DNA of 64,000 nt from contig NZ_CP074694.1 of NCBI RefSeq assembly GCF_018398935.1, forward strand, positions 1,208,846-1,272,845, written 5' to 3'. The stretch comes from Telmatocola sphagniphila. GTDB lineage: Bacteria > Planctomycetota > Planctomycetia > Gemmatales > Gemmataceae. Positions 59,573 to 64,000 of the stretch are shown piece by piece. Position numbers and translations under genes: made by a program. Under the pieces are notes generated by a model, which was not told where the DNA came from, searched no databases, and was given only the letters and a program-made list of their open reading frames with translations. Numbering within the stretch: the stretch's first letter is position 1; each line of letters begins with the position of its first letter.

Positions 59573-59608
59573 GGAACGATTCTCAAGCGGATCGTTCCTC
59601 TTTCTTTT
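59573..59608 (+). terminator. Rho-independent terminator
   Basis: GGAACGAT, a tctcaagcg loop, ATCGTTCC (an 8-bp perfect stem), then TCTTTCTTTTC. Confidence 0.5.
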
Positions 59609-59719
59609 CAAATCCGATTCAAGTCTAATTGGTAAAGTCTTTTGTTGACCAGACACCTCACAAGGTTTAAAATTCATAAAGAATAACCTCGAACCTGTTT
59701 TGTGAAACCAAATAGCTTC

Positions 59720-60499
59720 ATGCTGACTAAAAGGATCATTCCCTGTCTCGATGTCGAAAAAGGTCGAGTGGTCAAAGGTGTGAACTTCGTTGGACTGCAG
59801 GATGTCGGCGACCCGGTGGAAGTGGCACAGCGCTACGAATCCGAAGGCGCGGATGAACTCGTTTTTCTCGATATCACGGCCAGCCACGAAGGGCGGGAAA
59901 TTCTCGCAGGTATCGTGCGGCGGGTGGCGGAAGTCATTTTCATGCCGTTCACTGTTGGGGGGGGAATTCGCACGCTGGAGGACGCGACCCGTCTAATTCA
60001 GGCGGGGGCCGAGAAAATCAGCATCAATTCCGCTGCGGTAAAAACTCCAGAACTGATTTCAGAGGTTTCCCGTAAATTTGGTAGTTGCGCCACCGTGGTG
60101 AACATCGATCCGAAGCGGGTACAACGAAATGGCGAGGAGTTTTGGGAAGTCTTTATCAACGGCGGGCGGGTTCCGACTGGGCTGGAAGCCGTCGCCTGGG
60201 CGAGAGAAGTGGAGCGTTTAGGTGCTGGAGAAATCGTTCTAACCTCCATGGATTCGGACGGTACGAAAAAAGGTTACGACCTACCCATCCTCAAGGCAGT
60301 CACTCAAGCGGTCAGTATTCCAGTGGTTGCCAGTGGTGGGGCCGGTTGTGCCGAGCATTTCCGGGAAGCGTTCGTTTCCGGAGCGGATGCGGCGTTGGCC
60401 GCGAGTATATTCCATTACCAGGAAACCAGTATTCCAAGAGTTAAGAGCTATTTGGAACAGCACAATATTGCGGTCCGCAGACATTTCAATCTGAATTAG
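59720..60499 (+). CDS. hisF: Imidazole glycerol phosphate synthase cyclase subunit. The ORF track starts at 59702; the conserved N-terminus is [12 protein letters not shown].
   Basis: [29 protein letters not shown], and GGGIR are canonical HisF. Confidence 0.9.
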   Translation: MLTKRIIPCLDVEKGRVVKGVNFVGLQDVGDPVEVAQRYESEGADELVFLDITASHEGREILAGIVRRVAEVIFMPFTVGGGIRTLEDATRLIQAGAEKISINSAAVKTPELISEVSRKFGSCATVVNIDPKRVQRNGEEFWEVFINGGRVPTGLEAVAWAREVERLGAGEIVLTSMDSDGTKKGYDLPILKAVTQAVSIPVVASGGAGCAEHFREAFVSGADAALAASIFHYQETSIPRVKSYLEQHNIAVRRHFNLN

Positions 60500-60520
60500 G
60501 TTTAAAAGGGAGTAACTTTC

Positions 60521-61711
60521 ATGTCGTCGATATCAACTCAAGATTCTCTTACGGCCGCCCGGGATCTCGTCGTCGAAAACAGCATTGCGGATAATCTCGA
60601 AAAAGCTCCTTTGGAAGCCAAGCGGGAACCGGAAGTCAATAAGCTTTTTCGCATGGTGATGAAGCACAATGCTTCCGACTTGCATCTGAAAGTGGGTCAA
60701 CCCCCCATGATGCGTATGCGAGGGGATATTCAGCGGGTCAAAGCCCCGCCGATGACGCAGGAGGAGATGGAGCGTTTGCTTCTCCCTCTGCTCAAGCCGG
60801 ACCACCGCAAGATTTTAGATAACGAAGGGGGCGTTGACTTTTCCTACGTCATCGGGGCCGACGAGTGCCGTTTCCGCGTCTCCTTGTTCAAACAACGCGG
60901 TAAACTCTCTCTGGTTTCCCGCCGCGTGAACAGCGACATCCCGAGTTTCAAAGGCCTGGGACTTCCGGACTCCATCGAATTGCTCTGTAATTTCAACGAA
61001 GGTTTGGTGATTCTGGCCGGGGTGACCGGTTCGGGTAAGTCGACGACGATCGCTTCGATGCTGAATTTCATTAACGAACGCGAACCGCTGCACATTTTGA
61101 CGATTGAAGACCCGATTGAATTCACGTTTACCGATGCCAAGTCCTATATCAATCAGCGGGAAATCGGCCTCGATAGCCGAGACTGGCACAAGGCCTTGAA
61201 GGATGCGGTGCGACAGGACCCGGATGTGATGCTGATCGGTGAGTTGCGCGATATCGAAACATTCGAAGCTGCCGTGCACGCCGCTGAAACGGGTCACTTG
61301 GTATTCGGGACGATTCACGCCTCTAGTGCGGCCACTACGATTAACCGTATTCTCGACTTGTTCCCACCAGAAAAGCATGGTGCGATCCGGAAAGCGCTCG
61401 CGAATAACCTGAAAGCCGTGGTTGCTCAGAAATTGCTCAAGGGATTGAAGAAGCCGCGTATTCCCACCAATGAGATTATGATCGTCAATCCGACCATTCG
61501 CAAGCTGATTGGCGAAGGGGAGGACATGAAAATTCAGGATGCCATCAAGCTCTTCTACAACGAAGGTATGATCGACTTCACGGAAAACCTCCGTCAATTA
61601 GTTGATAGAGGGGATTGCGATAAAGCCACAGCTCTGGAATATGCCCCTGACCCTGAGAAACTGAAGATGGCTTTCAAGGGCATCAAGGTGGCAGCGGCTG
61701 GGATTCTGTGA
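60521..61711 (+). CDS. pilT: PilT/PilU-family type IV pilus retraction ATPase
   Basis: ASDLHL, Walker A VTGSGKSTT, Asp box/Walker B LIGELRD, and His box. 396 aa. Confidence 0.85.
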   Translation: MSSISTQDSLTAARDLVVENSIADNLEKAPLEAKREPEVNKLFRMVMKHNASDLHLKVGQPPMMRMRGDIQRVKAPPMTQEEMERLLLPLLKPDHRKILDNEGGVDFSYVIGADECRFRVSLFKQRGKLSLVSRRVNSDIPSFKGLGLPDSIELLCNFNEGLVILAGVTGSGKSTTIASMLNFINEREPLHILTIEDPIEFTFTDAKSYINQREIGLDSRDWHKALKDAVRQDPDVMLIGELRDIETFEAAVHAAETGHLVFGTIHASSAATTINRILDLFPPEKHGAIRKALANNLKAVVAQKLLKGLKKPRIPTNEIMIVNPTIRKLIGEGEDMKIQDAIKLFYNEGMIDFTENLRQLVDRGDCDKATALEYAPDPEKLKMAFKGIKVAAAGIL

Positions 61712-61844
61712 TTTTTTGCTCATTCTCAAGAAGACGGCTTCCAAACGCTGGCGAATTCGTGTTTACTAACTAAAACAAGCTTCACTGTCCGCTCAATTCC
61801 GTGCGAACAGTTTTCAGCGCCTGGAAGGCTTGGAGTAGGTTCGT

Positions 61845-63554
61845 ATGCTCGCTCCTTTGATCGCGGATCTGAACGATCTTACGGGGCTACTTTCCACTTT
61901 TATGCCTCGGGGAGATGGAAATCTCTTATTCCATCCTGGCAAGATCATTTTTATCACGCTAATTTTTTTAGCCTGGGTCTCGACGGTCAAATGGATCGAT
62001 CAGGACTGTAATCGTGTCAGTCTCAATCGGCAGTTGTGGTCGGTAGCCAGTCTGGCGGGATTTGCACTGGGGATGGTCGCCGTCTCCATGATGCCCCACT
62101 ACGGGCTAAGCATTATCCTGCTGATTTTACTTTACCTGTCTCCGACGTTGATTTACGTGAGTAAGCGCAACGAAATCGTTCCTCCGCAACTTAAAGTGTT
62201 GACGCGGGCTCACATAAGAAATCTCATCAAGAGGCGTCTAGGAGTGGATGTGGGGGCTGGCGGCAAAGGCGATGAGGGGCCACTACCTTCTATTCAATTC
62301 ATAGCCAAGAACTCGACCCAGGATGATATCGACGAAGCCCGCCTCTCGAAAGCAGTTGATTCGCCCGGCTATCGTGCCGCACTCGAACTGGTTCAGGACG
62401 CTATCAACCAGAGGGCGACCGATATCCATTTGGAACCGACGCGGGATGAAATGACCATTCGATTTCGCGTCGACAGTATTATGAACTCCGTGCCCTCGTT
62501 CGCTCGTAGCCGTGGTGATTCGGTCATCAACGTATTCAAAGTGCTCGCCGGCTTGGATATTACTGAAAAACGTAAGCCCCAGGATGGTAGTTTCGGGGCG
62601 GAAGTCGAAGGTCGCAAGGTCGATTTCCGCTTGGCAACGGCGGGAAGTCTGAATGGCCAGAAGATGGTTATTCGTATTCTTGATGCCTCGAGGCAGGTCA
62701 CCACACTCAACAGTCTTGGCTTGCGTGCCCAACTTCGGGAAAAAGTCGAAACCGTCTGCCAGCAATCCTACGGTATGATGATTACCTGCGGCCCGACCGG
62801 GGCCGGGAAAACGTCCACTCTTTATGCATGTTTAGGCGAAATTGATCGATTCCAACGCAACGTCATCACTCTGGAAAATCCCGTTGAATACCAGATGGAT
62901 AACGTAACGCAGATTGAAGTGAATCCTAAGGCCGGCAAGACTTTTGCTGGCGAGCTTCGCAGTATTCTTCGACAGGATCCGGATGTTATATTGGTGGGTG
63001 AAATTCGAGATGCCGAAACGGCCGAAATCGCCTGTCAGGCCGCTCAGACCGGTCACATGGTCTTCACCACCGTACATGCGAACGATGCCGTTACCTCGGT
63101 CGGTCGACTAATCGACTTAGGCGTAAAACCCTTCATGATTGCCAGTGCCCTTTCTGCCGTGCTCGGCCAGCGTCTGGTACGGTTGCTCTGTCCGAAATGC
63201 AAGATAGGTTACAGTCCGTCGGACGACATGCTGCGAAAATTGAAGATCAAGCCCGCTCCCGATCGGAAAATTACCTTCTACAAACCGAAGGTTTTGAATC
63301 CCGATGATTCGAATGCCGACGTACGAAATCGCTGCGAAAAATGTAAAGGCACCGGCTACCTCGGTCGAACCGGTATTTTCGAATTACTGATGATCACGGA
63401 TGAAATCAAAGAGTTGATTCGGGCGAACCCCGACCTGGTGGCCATCCGCCAGTCCGCGCTGAAAAATGGTTTCCAAACGCTCTTCGAGGACGGGCTGCGA
63501 AAAGTCATTGAGGGTAAAACTTCGCTAGAAGAAATTCAGCGAGTGGCGAAATAA
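61845..63554 (+). CDS. GspE/PilB-family secretion or pilus-assembly ATPase with an unusual N-terminal transmembrane region
   Basis: N2 domain (LVQDAINQRATDIHLEP...IRFRVD), Walker A CGPTGAGKTSTLYA, ILVGEIRD, and a tetracysteine Zn motif (CPKCK...CEKCKGTGY). The first ~120 aa carry 2-3 hydrophobic helices instead of the soluble N1 domain. Confidence 0.8.
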   Translation: MLAPLIADLNDLTGLLSTFMPRGDGNLLFHPGKIIFITLIFLAWVSTVKWIDQDCNRVSLNRQLWSVASLAGFALGMVAVSMMPHYGLSIILLILLYLSPTLIYVSKRNEIVPPQLKVLTRAHIRNLIKRRLGVDVGAGGKGDEGPLPSIQFIAKNSTQDDIDEARLSKAVDSPGYRAALELVQDAINQRATDIHLEPTRDEMTIRFRVDSIMNSVPSFARSRGDSVINVFKVLAGLDITEKRKPQDGSFGAEVEGRKVDFRLATAGSLNGQKMVIRILDASRQVTTLNSLGLRAQLREKVETVCQQSYGMMITCGPTGAGKTSTLYACLGEIDRFQRNVITLENPVEYQMDNVTQIEVNPKAGKTFAGELRSILRQDPDVILVGEIRDAETAEIACQAAQTGHMVFTTVHANDAVTSVGRLIDLGVKPFMIASALSAVLGQRLVRLLCPKCKIGYSPSDDMLRKLKIKPAPDRKITFYKPKVLNPDDSNADVRNRCEKCKGTGYLGRTGIFELLMITDEIKELIRANPDLVAIRQSALKNGFQTLFEDGLRKVIEGKTSLEEIQRVAK

Positions 63555-63572
63555 CCAAATAAGAGATATCGC

Positions 63573-64000
63573 ATGATTATGCTTGCTTGCGTTTTGGTTA
63601 TGCTGATCATCGCATACACGTCCATGCGCGATGGCCTGATCCCAGCTTTTGCTAACCTGGTTATCAGCCTTCTAGCCATCATCGTGGCATTCACCATCTG
63701 GCCTTACGTTGCGTTTTCCATTGAAACGGATGTTCGCGGCGGCATGATGGACGCTTTCGAAGACTCCATCCCTCTGATTCTCGGTTTTACTCTGACTGTT
63801 TTGGCTTTGCGATTTCTGAGTCAATCGATTCTGAAGGATTACAATTTCGGATTTTCCGATCTATTCAATCGAGGGGGAGCCTTCGTGGTAGGTCTCATCA
63901 CGGGATATTTTGTTAGCGGTTTTTTAGTCCTGGTACTCCAGACAATACCCTGGGATGAGAACTTCTTGGGTTTCCAACCTGAAAAACAGGGTGTCTCCGG
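63573..64000 (+). CDS. CvpA-like small membrane protein, 3'-truncated at the window edge
   Basis: ATG at 63573. MIMLACVLVMLIIAYTSMRDGLIPAFANLVISLL... and later FGFSDLFNRGGAFVVGLITGYFV resemble the CvpA family topology and loops. Confidence 0.45.
   Translation, partial: MIMLACVLVMLIIAYTSMRDGLIPAFANLVISLLAIIVAFTIWPYVAFSIETDVRGGMMDAFEDSIPLILGFTLTVLALRFLSQSILKDYNFGFSDLFNRGGAFVVGLITGYFVSGFLVLVLQTIPWDENFLGFQPEKQGVS

Overview
This 64 kb window looks like a chromosomal segment from a Planctomycetota-like genome. That taxonomic call is inference, based on a BatA-type double-transmembrane VWA protein, several Hanks-type kinase and sigma-54 regulators, a ThuA-like protein, DUF374 and GT87-like proteins, and ~50-55% GC with tight gene packing. 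I could support about 55 protein-coding genes. I found no rRNA genes, no convincing tRNA genes, no CRISPR array, and no transposase or integrase.

Most of the window is housekeeping:
- a minus-strand operon of a TM protein, ABC transporter, moeA, lnt and an alpha/beta hydrolase;
- the conserved ald / xseA-xseB-ispA-dxs block, then pyrF;
- rpe, thyX, rho, and a proC-guaA-dapF-DUF374-GT87 block;
- trpC, lpxB, a DtxR-family regulator, hisF, and the pilT / pilB-like ATPases.

The parts worth a second look are:
1. A single 1074-aa ORF fusing a complete P1B-type (CPC-motif) P-type ATPase to a C-terminal HflK/HflC-like SPFH domain. It sits divergently from an FHA-GAF-sigma54 activator.
2. An adrenodoxin-type [2Fe-2S] ferredoxin domain fused to a Ser/Thr protein kinase, directly downstream of a TM-PAS sensor with a degenerate kinase-like ATPase domain.
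3. A ~1.4 kb AT-rich island (18.2-19.5 kb) that interrupts otherwise GC-balanced coding DNA and carries a small FmdB-like zinc-ribbon ORF.
4. A PilB/GspE-type ATPase whose usual soluble N1 domain is replaced by 2-3 predicted TM helices, next to pilT but with no pilin, pilC or pilM genes in the window.
5. A tightly overlapping four-gene operon of unknown function: 478-aa hypothetical, HEAT-repeat protein, THUMP RNA methyltransferase, flavin amine-oxidase-like protein.
6. A Rho that lacks the N-terminal helical subdomain and sits behind a >300 nt leader.

Every annotation here rests on my reading of the supplied translations. No database searches were run.
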